The notes under the pieces are model-generated. The model did no database searches. It was not told the origin of the DNA and saw only the letters and a list, made by a program, of their open reading frames with translations. Of a stretch of DNA of 64,000 nt, positions 51,233 to 63,060 are shown piece by piece; position 1 is the first letter of the stretch; each line of letters opens with the position of its first letter. Origin of the DNA: Elsinoe ampelina (taxonomy: Eukaryota); the NCBI GenBank assembly GCA_010093995.1, contig ML992506.1, positions 306,832-370,831 on the forward strand, given 5' to 3'. A program made the translations under genes and the position numbers.

Positions 51233-54200
51233 ATGTCTGTCCCTTTAGGAATCTTTGCTCAGGCGCCGACAACCCCTGTCAAAAGGCAACGCAGCGATAC
51301 CATCAAATCATCAAAAACATCAACCTCATCGTCATCACACACTCCGAGTCGCAAGTCAAGCACCTCACAAAAGTCACCTGATCTCAGGCGGTTCAGCATT
51401 TTTGACTCACCAAGGGTGAAAAGCTTCAGTGGTATCTTCAACCGTCATTCTGGTGGCGAGTTCAAGGCCGACTCTCCCCAAACTTCTCCTATCGCACAGT
51501 CTTCGGAACTCTCCACGCCAACCACACCCAATTCCACGAGATCATCAAGTGGCCCCGCATCACGACCGAGGTCGAGACATATCCCAATCGTCGTACCTGA
51601 GCTCGAATCCTTAGCTCGCGCTGACTCACACCACATTGGGCCAGCATCGCGGTCAAGCTCGGTAAAGACAGTCATTCCCAGCCCAGATCGAAGAGAGATT
51701 GATGAGAAACATGAGGGGTTGATCGCGGCCTCACCAGCTGCATTATTCGACTTACCAATTGCCCAGGACTTCCCTTTGCAATCTCCCACCAAACTTGGTC
51801 GAGGCAAAATGTCCAGACCTGCGGCTTCTAGCCGTTCTAGCACACTTGACTCCTCGGTACTGGCGCCGTCGCCAGATCAATTGAGTCATGATCCTCTCGG
51901 GACCAAGCTGTCGAGTGTCAACAGCAGTACCACCAGCCTGTCCAAGCGAGCCATGCAGGACATTAGCGAAGATGAGTTGCGCAACTCTGCCCCGCGATCA
52001 GATTCCATCGCACATCCTGGTCATGTACGGGCAAGCTCACCGCCACCACCTCTCCCGACCCAACAACCTGCACAGGCAGTAGCGGCTGCCAACTCTTCGT
52101 CGCATCTTTCGGGTCTGGTATGTAATGTCCACAGAACGACTGGGAAGGAGCCTCATGCCTTAGTTGGAGCGTCTACCACTATCCTTGGAGATAAGCTCTA
52201 CGTCTTTGGAGGTCGAAGGATTTCGAGAAGTCGGCCAGCATTGACATCAGATCTCTTCGAATTAGACCTGCTCAGGCGACATTGGACTCGGATTGACGCA
52301 AAGGGTGACATACCACCACCTCGATACTTTCACAGTGTTTGCGCACTTGGAGACACAAAATTGGTGTGCTATGGCGGAATGTCCCCCGAGCCTGGCCCCT
52401 CGTCTGCCGGTGGCCAGGGTGAAGCAGGCGAAGCACAAGTCAGCGTCATGTCGGACGTGCATATCTATGATGTGCCTACGAGCACGTGGATCAAGGTCAA
52501 CACGACCGAAAATCCTCAAGGACGCTATGCTCATTGTGCTGCCATCCTTCCTTCGTCAGCAGTATTTGCCTCTGCGAATGCGCCATTATCAGCCATCCAC
52601 CACAATCCTTCTGGTGAGCAAGCAAATCAAGGTGCGATCGGTCACTCTCTGGACGGAGCAGGAGGCGCTGAGATGATCGTCGTGGGTGGTCAAGACAGTG
52701 GTAATAGCTATATCGAACAGATCAGCATCTTCAATCTGCGCAGTCTGAAGTGGACATCAACAAGTCCGACAACTGGACGAAGTTGTGGCGCCTATCGCAG
52801 TGTTGTCACACCCCTGACGAGTATGAGGGCCAGCGAGCTTGGCGCAGGAGTCGGTAAGGTCGCCAACGAGGATGAGCCAGATGATCCATCCCACTCTGGT
52901 GCGCCGATGCTTATTTACACCAACTACAACTTCCTGGATGTCAAACTAGAGTTGCAGGTCCGACAAGTGGATGGCTCGTTGTCGGACAAGCCGATGCAGG
53001 CAGCAGGCTCACCACCTGGTCTGCGATTTCCCAGCGGTGGCGTGATCGACAACCACTTTGTTGTCGCAGGCACTTTCCTCACTTCTTCGAAACAGGAATT
53101 CGCACTGTGGGCGCTGGATCTCCGGACTTTGTCATGGTCGAGAATTGATGTTGCGAGCAGCATCTTCAGCTCGGGTAGCTGGAACAGAGGCGTGCTTTGG
53201 AGCAGACGTAATGCCTTTGTGATTCTGGGAAACCGGAAGAGAAACTTGGTAGACGACTACAACAACAGGCGCTTGAACTTCTCAAACATCTGTCTGGTAC
53301 AGCTTGAGGCTTTTGGTCTATACGACAATCCCAGGAAAACATCTCCTCTGGCTGGATACACCTCTGTCAGTGCACCTACGGAAGGTCAGCAACCCGAGGG
53401 CATTTATCGAAGTGGCGCGGTCCTCTCTCCAGGAGGTGTCAATCTTGGTCAAAGTATCCTCGGAACTAGGGAGCTGTCTGATATGGAGATTCTGACACTC
53501 GATGGCACTCGTATACCTGTCAGCTCCAGGCTGCTGGCTCGAAGATGGGGGCCGACTTTCAATATACTTATGCAGGAGGCAAACCCAGCACTCGCAGCAG
53601 CCGATACTACCACACTGAGACCAAGCGCAGCAAGCATCATTTCGCGGAACTCCAGCGTGACGATAACGCCGAGCTTCAATACATCCTCGTCAGGAGGCAC
53701 GACTCTCATTCCTCAGGCGAACAGTATTGCGGGTGACCTGTCTGTGAACAGCTTGACAGATGCAGCAGATGTGCGAACATTCCCATCAACGACACGGCAA
53801 AGAATCATCTACTTGCCTCACAGTGTGCCGACCATCAATGCACTACTACACTTCTTGTATGCATCATCACTTCCCCCCGTCACGTCGCCACTGGCAACTC
53901 CCCAAATTCTTTGCTCACTTTTGCAATTGGCTCGACCATACAAGATTGACGGTCTGCTCGAAGCGGTGGTGGAAAGGCTTCACGAAAGTCTGGATGGGAG
54001 AAACGCTGCAGCCATCTTCAATGCAGCTGCTATGGGCGCAGGTGGTGGCGACGGCCTGGATCTTGCAGCTGGAGATGTGCCGACTCATCCGCCACGTACA
54101 GCCAGCCTTGCCGGTGTACCGATGGAGGGTCTGAATCTGAACAGTAATCCAAATGACAGGAATGCGTTGCGGATTGATACAGACATGGCTAATGGTGTCG

Positions 54201-54499
54201 CCGCACGATCACCCCGCAGTGGATCTGTAGATGGCAATACTACAGAGACGGACGACGAGAAGATGCCAGACTCGGCTTCAACAAACACTTCTATGGCTTC
54301 GCAAATGAGCGGAGAACGACCACAGAGCAGAAAACAGAACGATGAAGTTTGGAATGGTGGATGGTCTGCAGTAATCGGTCTACAAAAGAGAGGCCTTCGA
54401 GGTTTGATGGAAGGACGTCGCTTGCGGGAACGGGGGAAAGGAGTGGAGGGGCAACCAGCGGGGGCAGAGAACTCACGGGTGGGTCTAGGCATTGCTTGA
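51233..54499 (+). CDS. Kelch-repeat/BTB regulatory protein, Ral2/Mds3-like
   Basis: SGLVCNVHRTTG, ALVGASTTILGDKLYVFGG, PPPRYFHS, PPGLRFP, DDYNNRRLNF, and a BTB-like SDMEIL...RRWGPTF...LLHFLY...LCSLLQLAR. Confidence 0.9.
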   Translation: MSVPLGIFAQAPTTPVKRQRSDTIKSSKTSTSSSSHTPSRKSSTSQKSPDLRRFSIFDSPRVKSFSGIFNRHSGGEFKADSPQTSPIAQSSELSTPTTPNSTRSSSGPASRPRSRHIPIVVPELESLARADSHHIGPASRSSSVKTVIPSPDRREIDEKHEGLIAASPAALFDLPIAQDFPLQSPTKLGRGKMSRPAASSRSSTLDSSVLAPSPDQLSHDPLGTKLSSVNSSTTSLSKRAMQDISEDELRNSAPRSDSIAHPGHVRASSPPPPLPTQQPAQAVAAANSSSHLSGLVCNVHRTTGKEPHALVGASTTILGDKLYVFGGRRISRSRPALTSDLFELDLLRRHWTRIDAKGDIPPPRYFHSVCALGDTKLVCYGGMSPEPGPSSAGGQGEAGEAQVSVMSDVHIYDVPTSTWIKVNTTENPQGRYAHCAAILPSSAVFASANAPLSAIHHNPSGEQANQGAIGHSLDGAGGAEMIVVGGQDSGNSYIEQISIFNLRSLKWTSTSPTTGRSCGAYRSVVTPLTSMRASELGAGVGKVANEDEPDDPSHSGAPMLIYTNYNFLDVKLELQVRQVDGSLSDKPMQAAGSPPGLRFPSGGVIDNHFVVAGTFLTSSKQEFALWALDLRTLSWSRIDVASSIFSSGSWNRGVLWSRRNAFVILGNRKRNLVDDYNNRRLNFSNICLVQLEAFGLYDNPRKTSPLAGYTSVSAPTEGQQPEGIYRSGAVLSPGGVNLGQSILGTRELSDMEILTLDGTRIPVSSRLLARRWGPTFNILMQEANPALAAADTTTLRPSAASIISRNSSVTITPSFNTSSSGGTTLIPQANSIAGDLSVNSLTDAADVRTFPSTTRQRIIYLPHSVPTINALLHFLYASSLPPVTSPLATPQILCSLLQLARPYKIDGLLEAVVERLHESLDGRNAAAIFNAAAMGAGGGDGLDLAAGDVPTHPPRTASLAGVPMEGLNLNSNPNDRNALRIDTDMANGVAARSPRSGSVDGNTTETDDEKMPDSASTNTSMASQMSGERPQSRKQNDEVWNGGWSAVIGLQKRGLRGLMEGRRLRERGKGVEGQPAGAENSRVGLGIA

Positions 54500-54900
54500 T
54501 TCAACATGCGGGGAGTCTGAGGGAAGAATGATATTCCACAAGAAGTTCGATTTCGTGTGCTGAAGTTTACGTATGTGGTGGTATCTTAAAGCTCTCTAGC
54601 GCGGCATTGGTAGACAAATTGATCGATTCTGACCTCTCATACGCCGTGTGAGACGCCTTGGACCTCTCAGATCGGAGACGGTCATGCACCCTCCATCGGG
54701 ATGCAGGTAGGGTTCGTGCCGCATGCAGGAACTGGGCTGAGGCAAGCCGGCGTTAAGTAGAATCTGACGTCTAATGATCTTCTGTACTGATCAAAGGCGC
54801 TGCGGGATGATGGAATGATGCTCTTGCGGCAGTTCTGAGATGCTGCTCATTGCCAATAGCTCGGTCTGGAGCTCCGTCATCTGGATAGCTGGACAGACCC

Positions 54901-55118
54901 CCGCATTCGCCCGCCGCACACCTGGCGTCATCAGTCAAAGAGGGCTGCCGTCGAGATCGATAAAGAGGCGACGACAACAGCCGTTCCGCGAGTCCGCAAA
55001 TTGCACGAAAAGTGTTTTGAGACTGCAGCACAGGCAAGACCTTCGTATCTCCAATTCTTCCTCCACAGTTCGCGTCAATTGGAGCCGCGAGTCAATACCG
55101 CGAGTCCGAAGCTTTCCG
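54901..55118 (+). promoter_or_regulatory. Two CCG-N7-CCG motifs (AcuK/AcuM-type) upstream of PEPCK
   Basis: CCGCATTCGCCCG (54901-54913) and CCGAAGCTTTCCG (55106-55118); CCGCGAGTC also occurs three times. Confidence 0.6.
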
Positions 55119-55286
55119 ACTGTGCAACGACCACCCGGCCGATTATCGTGTCACGGGCTGAGCTCCCAGCTCTCGCCGCGATTGACCAATCAGATCGGCC
55201 AAAGAAGGGGACTCGCAAACAAGTGCCCCACGGTCAACGGCCTCGGTAGATCCAGAGACAACGCTGGACTGCTCCAATCCGAAAGA

Positions 55287-57617
55287 ATGGCTCAGACTAC
55301 TAATACTGACGAGAACGCCCGATCCTCTGACCCTCCACAGCGTTCTGTTTCTCCCAGTCCTGCCCTCGAACAAGACTTTGTCCGTCAACAGATACAGAAG
55401 CAACAGAAGAGCAACTTTCATTCGTCTGCTGTGAAGCCTTACACAATGGTTTCTCAGACTGTCAACAAGACTGCTCTGCACCCTGGTGGTATCCAGTATG
55501 TTGCTGACCCAGACATCGTTGGCGTAGCTGACCTTTCCCAGACCCCAGAGGGAGCACACTGAGATTGAAGAGGAGCTCCACGAGAGAGCGCACATTGACT
55601 ACGACCGTGTTGCCATTGTAAGTCACACGACCCCTCGTTGTCGCCGTTGCAGAATTGACGCTTGGACAGGTTGCCAACCCCTCGGTCGCTGCCCTCTACG
55701 AAGATGCCCTCGTGTACGAGACTGGTTCCGCCATCACCTCGAGCGGTGCTCTGTCTGCCTACTCGGGTGCAAAGACTGGTCGTTCACCTTCAGACAAGCG
55801 CGTCGTGAAAGAGGAGAGCTCGGAAAAGGATATCTGGTGGGGTCCGGTCAACAAGCCCATGGAGACATCGGTATGTCCAATTATCTTTCCTATTATCATA
55901 CAATTGCTTGCATGGGCTCTTGTCGTCACCTCGACTCCTTGTCTTCACATGCCTAAACACGGGGCTGTGGCTTTGTGTGGAGAAGAATCCGAGCGCGGGG
56001 TCCCTACGTATGCCGCGAGAATTTGGAAAAAGTCCCGCTTTGCAGCGGTTGTCGCACCCGGCGCCCCGCACTCACCTCTGGGTCGGGTACAACCGGAGCA
56101 TAAACTCAATTCATGGCATTGGTCGATATGGTTCACGTTGCTAATTTAATTTTAGGTCTGGAAGATTAACAGAGAACGTGCCATCGACTACCTGAACACC
56201 AGGAACCGAATCTATGTCATCGACGGTTATGCCGGCTGGGATGAGCGCTACAGAATCAGAGTCCGCGTCGTCTGCGCCAGAGCCTACCATGCATTGTTCA
56301 TGCGCAACATGCTTATCCGTCCTCCTCGCAACGAGCTCGAGCACTTCCACCCCGACTATGTCATCTACAACGCCGGTGCCTTCCCCGCCAACAGATTCAC
56401 CACCGGTATGACCTCGTCGACCTCGGTGGCGATCAACTTTGCCGAGAAGGAGATGGTCATCCTCGGTACCGAGTACGCCGGCGAGATGAAGAAGGGTATC
56501 TTCACCGTCCTCTACTACGAGATGCCCGTCAAGCACAACGTGCTCACCCTGCACTCGTCCGCCAACGAGGGCCAGAACGGAGACGTCACCGTCTTCTTCG
56601 GGCTGTCGGGTACTGGCAAGACTACCCTGTCTGCTGACCCCAAGCGTGCTCTCATTGGTGATGACGAGCACTGCTGGTCCGACAAGGGTGTGTTCAACAT
56701 CGAGGGTGGCTGCTACGCCAAGTGCATTGGTCTCTCGGCCGAGAAGGAGCCGGATATTTTCAACGCCATCCGCTTCGGCTCTATCCTCGAGAACGTCGTG
56801 TTCGACCCCGTCACTCGTGTCGTCGACTATGACGACGCCACTCTTACTGAGAACACTCGCTGCGCTTACCCGATCGAGTACATCGAGAACACCAAGATTC
56901 CTTGCTTGTCTGAATCTCACCCATCCAACATCGTTCTTCTCACCTGCGACGCCCGCGGTGTGTTGCCACCAATCTCGAAGCTCACGACCGAGCAACTAAT
57001 GTTCCACTTCATCTCGGGTTACACGTCGAAGATGGCCGGTACCGAAGACGGTGTCACGGAACCTCAGGCTACCTTCTCTTCTTGCTTCGCCCAGCCGTTC
57101 TTGGCCCTGCATCCTATGCGATACGCTAAGATGCTGGCGGAGAAAGTACAGGCACATTCTTCGAATGCCTGGCTTTTGTAAGTTATTCCAAGCTTCGGAA
57201 GTTCTTTCAAGCTTCCGATAAACTGATATGACGTTCTAACCATCGCCAGGAACACCGGATGGGTCGGTAACTCAGCGGTGAAGGGTGGCAAAAGATGTCC
57301 GTTGAAGGCGAGTACACGTCGTCGTCGTTGTTGTGGCAAAAAAACCTGACTTTTTCCAGTACACCCGAGCCATTTTGGACGCCATCCACTCCGGAGAACT
57401 CGCAAAGGTCGAGTACGAGACCTACGAGACCTTCAACCTCAACGTACCAAAGACCTGCCCCAACGTCCCCGACGAGCTGTTGAACCCTGCTAAGGCCTGG
57501 ACTGGTGACGACTTCAAGGGCGAGGTTACTAAGTTGGGCAGCCTCTTCCTCGAAAACTTCAAGAAGTACGAGTCGGAGGCGACTCCTGAGGTAATTGCTG
57601 CTGGACCAAAGGTCTAG
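55287..57617 (+). CDS. PCK1: Phosphoenolpyruvate carboxykinase (ATP)
   Basis: [67 protein letters not shown]; five introns. Start could instead be ATG 55446. Confidence 0.97.
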
Positions 57618-58644
57618 ATTGATGCTGAGCACGCTGTCTGAGTAGCGGATTGAGGATGAATGGGGGTGGTCGTCGTCGATCGACGCCGCCAGCACCGAAG
57701 GAGGACTTGGCCGCGGCCAAGTCCACGAAAACAGGTTCATTGTTCACAATACAGTATTTCAAGTTTGTCTACGTTGCTCGGCGTAGGGAGCAATGGAGGG
57801 AGCGACTAGCGGAACATGCCGCTGTCGAGAGTACGAGCTCGGTAGCGAGCAAAGTGTGCATAGCGCGATGTTCAAATTTCATACGCAGATTTACGTAGTC
57901 ACGTCTTACCCTGTGCACATGAGATCTATCAAGCCTGGCCTTAATATGAAGCACCAATGATACCATTCGCTACACGATGGAATTGCTTCCGGCGGTGGTC
58001 AGGATGCGGGCAAAGAGTGGGCCGAGGGGGTGGACTCGACCCAGAGGCAAGTGACGTTCCCCACGCCCAGCTGACCAAATCCAACACAAACTTTCGGCTT
58101 CTCAACGTCTCGACCTCGATTGCTACTTTGCATGTCCTTTTCTATCCATCATCAAAGGCATTAGCAGAGCCTTCCACCGTCTATCAGAGGATGCCTCGTT
58201 GGCGGTAGATTATCTTCAACCTCCGATGTCACTGCTACACGCGTTGTAGCCAACGGCTGATTCTCGAGGCACAACCTTGGAGAGCACCATGAGCAACAGA
58301 ACAGCAATGGTCGTCCCACTGCAGAGCTCAGTATCCGCAAGGTGGGCACACAGTAAGCCGGTTGTCTTTTCTCATTTGGCTAAGCTGGTGTCAAGACAAG
58401 CTGATGGTGACAGCATTGGTCATTGCCCGTACTGAATCTGCAGATCCTGATACAACCTATCACACTCTCCCTGCACAGGCCTGCATCGCAGTCCACTTAC
58501 GCAATGACCTCGTCTGAACTCAACTCCACTGTCGGTCAGAATGGAGTTGAAAATACGCTTCTGGTAGGACCTGTTAGCGACGCCCGGATAAGAAAGAGTC
58601 GGCATACCTGCTGAAACCCTCCCTCCCTGGTGTTGGCCTTCGTC

Positions 58645-59690
58645 CTACTTCCCGCCTTTGTCATCGCCTCGGCCTTGACCCTGGTCCTGCTTCTGTTCCT
58701 TGCGAGGCGTGGGCAGGTGTGCCTGGCCTGAGGTCTGGCGACGAATACGCCTAGGCTCTTGAGCGGGTAATTGACCTGCGGAGTGTCAGTCAGATGTGGA
58801 TCTACCTGGTGGCACATGGTACAGAGACTTACCAGAATGGGTACGAGAAGCTCCCGGAGTCACCAAGCCATGCTGCGCGGAGGTCCCTGGCTGCGCTTGC
58901 ATAGCTTCCTCGATCGCTAGGCGATCAGCTTTGGAGATTCTCCTGCTTGCATCCCTGACCTTCTTCTCAATTGCTGCAGGCTGGACCCTGACACCGCTAC
59001 CACCAGCAGGCCCGACAGGCTGAGTCGAAGGGGGCTGAATAGCTGTAGGCTCTGTCTGGGCTGGCTGGTTCTGGACCGGCTCTTTCTGGACTGGTCGCTC
59101 CTGCACTGGCTCCTGCTGGGTTGGATCCGGTGCCTTCGTGAATGCTGGCTGCGCATTCCCATTGGCACTACCAGCAGGGCTAGTCGGGCCCGCCTGAGCC
59201 GCTGGACGTTCGTCTGTTTCGGTTTCTGTCTTGGTAGTGTCTGCCACGCCAATGATGTCCGGCTGAGTCGTTTCAGGCAGCTCTTGAGGATCAGCAGTAC
59301 GCGCAGGAGTTGTAGTAGGCTTTGCTGATAGCTGGGCCGACGCGCTATTGCTCTTCTCGGTTTTTGCAGCTTTTCGGTCGCGAGCCTCTTGCAGAAGCTC
59401 ACGGGCGAGCTCCAATTGACCTTGGGGAAAAGCCTCAGGAAGGACTCGCTCACGGATGTTGGTGTCCAGGATGTACACCGCTGCTTCGGCATGTTCAACC
59501 GCGATGGGACAGGTCACACGCATCGAAAGCATCATGTGGCAGCGGGCGCGGATCAGGATCGGCAGGTTGGGCTTCTATAAGGGCGTCAGTCAGTGGTAGA
59601 TTGCACAGCAAGACCAGGTGAGCCAACCGTGACCAGCTGAGCAGCAAGCTCCAGACATCCCTTGTCATTTCCATCCTTGTACCTTTTCAT
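58645..59690 (-). CDS. Hypothetical protein (helical N-terminus, P/Q/T-rich linker)
   Basis: ORF 58786-59535 extended by plausible introns (acceptor CTGAC...TAG ~59576; GTAAGT...CAG ~58776-58832); no recognised domain. Confidence 0.45.
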
Positions 59691-60687
59691 GACTGGCGGG
59701 GACGACCCTGATAGTACGGAAGAGACGTTCGACAGCGGCAACACTCAGGATGCCAGGGAGAAGCATTTCCGGCGTCAAGCTATGGAGATCTTGAGTACTC
59801 ACCCAGCGTTTGCCAACACGGAGGTGCAGACCTTTGATGTTCTCATGAAATTGGTCAATGAGTACCACATCCCGGTTGGCCAGGCGTACACAAAGCAGGA
59901 AACGTTCGACTACTTGAAGGCGATGGCCAGAGATGGCGAGATTGACTTCGACGAGGAGAGCTGGCTTGTTGGTGTGGCTGTCGAGTACGACGATCTTCAC
60001 GATATCACGATTTCAGCAAGGCGTTCTCGGGAGGAGTTGGGGGCGGGCCCACGATACCCAGCAATGGCGCTTGCTTTCTCGACGTTTTTATCAGCATCGG
60101 ATATACAGCATACTTAAGAAGTCTCAGCTCCTCGTATAGTGAGCTTCAAAATCATAGACTCAACCCAAATGATCGTGTTCAAATGTGGTGATGTGATATG
60201 AGGTATGTCAATGGTGTACCTCATCCTGCAAAGTCTTCAATTTGGACCTCTCAAGCGCCGATGAGGAGTGGTCAACGGCTTCATGTACAGATATGCTCAT
60301 GAATACATGTGTTGAGCGTCAAGATTCAATTTCATCGGCTGGTTCTGGAGAAAGTGTACTTTTAGGATTGGGGGGCTGCTCGGAGGCACTTCCTTCGTTG
60401 AGATGTCGTCACGTGCGCCAAGGTCATGTGTCGGCAAAACCTGCCTCATGGTCTGGTCATCAAGCTTCAGAAGCGAAGGTCACCCGAATGTCTCCTACGA
60501 CCACTTGACCTCAGCGTCGCATTAACCTATTTCGCACGCGCTGCTCGCACTTTTCCTTTCTTCTGTAACCTCTCCTCCTCTTCATCTGGGCTCTGCGCCC
60601 GTGTTCCTGTCTCTTCTCCCTCTCCGCCGCCCTTCCTCTCCAATCCCAACCAGGTCCAGCTGGGAGCATCGCTCTCTCCACCTCACG

Positions 60688-61847
60688 ATGAAGGATCCCT
60701 TCCCTTTCTCTCCTCCTCCACAATTCATCCAGGATCTGGCTCGTCCACTAGCTGATAAGCTCAACCTACCGACTCTCCCGCTGCATATACACGAAGTGGT
60801 CTTCGCGATAGTCCTCTACACCGTGGTCCACCAGGTCATTTCACCACCCCTCTCTGCCTGGCTATGCCCGAAGACCTATCCGTCCCTGAACAAGCGAACG
60901 AAGCTGAACTGGGATGTGCACGTGGTATCGACTCTGCAGAGTATTCTCGTCTGTGCTCTTTCGCTCTGGCTGATCCTGTCCGATGAAGAGCGAGGTACCA
61001 TGGGATTTGAGCAACGGGTCTGGGGCTACACTGGGGCAACGGGATTCTTGACGAGCATGGCGTGTGGATACTTCATCTGGGACCTCATCATGACCGTCAT
61101 GCACGTCGATGTGTTCGGCTACGGCATGTTGGCACATGCGAGTTCCGCTACATGTGTCTTCTCGCTGGGATATGTGAGTGCTGAGCGATTCGTTTGGCCC
61201 CGAGGTGGTCCCTGTGGCCTCTTGTGACGTCTGGGCGGCCAGACACCATTTCGGACAAAGCTGACTTCATCAAGCGCCCCTTTGTCAACTACTACGCACC
61301 TGTCTTCCTCCTTTTCGAATTGTCCAGCCCCCTAGTCAACATCCATTGGTTCTTGGACAAGCTGGGGCGAACAGGTAGCCTTGCTCAAATGGTCAACGGC
61401 GTTCTGCTTATCCTGACGTTCTTCTCGTGCCGACTGGTATGGGGCAACTACAACTCGGTCCTGGTCTTTCACGATATGTGGACCGCATACCGCTCTGGCA
61501 AGATCACCACAGCAGGACAGCTCTGGCCTGAGGGAAAGCCGCCCGGACAACTGACCGACGAGAACGACATCTTCCGCTTCACCATTGGTAGACAGCTACC
61601 GCTTTGGCTGGCTGCGAGCTACCTGGGGTCCAACTTGATCTTGAACTCACTGAATGTCTACTGGATGGGCAAAATGGTCGAAACTATTAGAGCAAGATTC
61701 GATCCACCCTTTGGTACGCGAGGAACGTCCAAAGGTCGGAAGCGTGAGGTCCACAGCTTCAAGCTGACGGAGCCGGCGGTCGCTAGCGGTGTCGACAAGG
61801 GAGCTGAGGCTGAGAGCAAGGAAACCCGCAGTCGACGACGAGGATGA
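60688..61847 (+). CDS. TLC (TRAM/LAG1/CLN8) domain membrane protein
   Basis: NWDVHVVSTLQS, RVWGY, GYFIWDL, LAH, FELSSPLVNIHWFLDK, FFSCRLVWG, LNSLNVYW; intron ~61174-61274. Confidence 0.9.
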
Positions 61848-63060
61848 CAAGAGAGGAAGGTTGAGACGAGATAGAATCGCAAGAAGTGCGCTATCGCCAA
61901 TGATATGTGGCCGCCATGTGATCAGATGGCCACTTTGGACCGGCTGGCCCATTCCTGCGAAAGCGCATCACGAGGATTCACGACCACAGCCATTTATTGC
62001 TTGATTTTGGATACAGGGCAGATCGTGCTTTCAAGATCACAGATAGAGTAATGTAGATGAATGAAAAGAGACATGCTAAGCCCCACTCGTATCATTCGCC
62101 ACCATGAGGGGTCTGGTATTCGCTTCACTGCCTCTCAGCTCTGCTATCACCCACGTCGAGACTCAAAGACCGATCCATCACCTCATACTATTCTCATCCC
62201 TTGCTCTCTTGCTCGATACGTGCTCCTTGCTCATCGGCAACCTCGATCTAGTCCCGCCATCAGTAACGAGCTCTTCTTGGTCATACCGCATCAGGGTTCT
62301 CACCTTGCCGACCTCTTCGGCCAGCGCAGCGTCCTTGCTTAACTGTGTGCTCTGACTGGTCCTCCCGTTGGCCTTCACTTTCGCATTTGCCTTCGCCTTC
62401 GCCTTCTCCTTCTTGCCCTTCTTCTTCTTGACGGCCCCCCGATCCACTCTGGGGGTCGGCCCCTCGGCGGTTGCCTTCTGTGCAGCAGCTCGGTTCGCTC
62501 CGCCGGGTTTGTTCTTCTTCTGCGAGGTCATTAGTATGCGGCGAGTGCAAGAGGCTATGGAGGGTCCAACAGTGCGGGACATGATGGAACGTCTGGAAGC
62601 TGCGTCCTTGATTCGAGCAAGCTACGTGGTCGTGGACCTGAATGAGGTTGCAATGTGGAGAAATGTCAAGTCAAGACGCAGGATGTGAGGATCACCTGGA
62701 GGACTTCAGGTGTAGAGAACCAGAAATTGAGTGAGCCATTAGATGGGAGCGGGCATGTGCTTGCACATGCTCCGCTGCCTCTCTGCTTGTGAGGGGGCGG
62801 GTAAGGTGGGCGGGGCCGTAGAACTCAAACGCAGCACAATTCATTACGATGACCTGGTACTTAAAACATACCGTATATTACGATTTTCAGAAGGCTGTGA
62901 TGGACTTTGTTGTAAGTTAAGTACTGCGTCAAGCCGATCTGCAAAAGTCAAAGCTTCGGAGAAAACCACGTGACCATTCGCCACCTCAAGCCCTGGAAGT
63001 CGACAGTATGGCCATGCTGTGGCGCTGCACTTTTCGGCGCTCTTCAGCACTTTTCAAATA

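Noticed and set aside
62178..62582. Lys/Ala-rich 134-aa minus-strand ORF
   Set aside because: Could be a small gene, but there is no homology cue or splice evidence to support a call.
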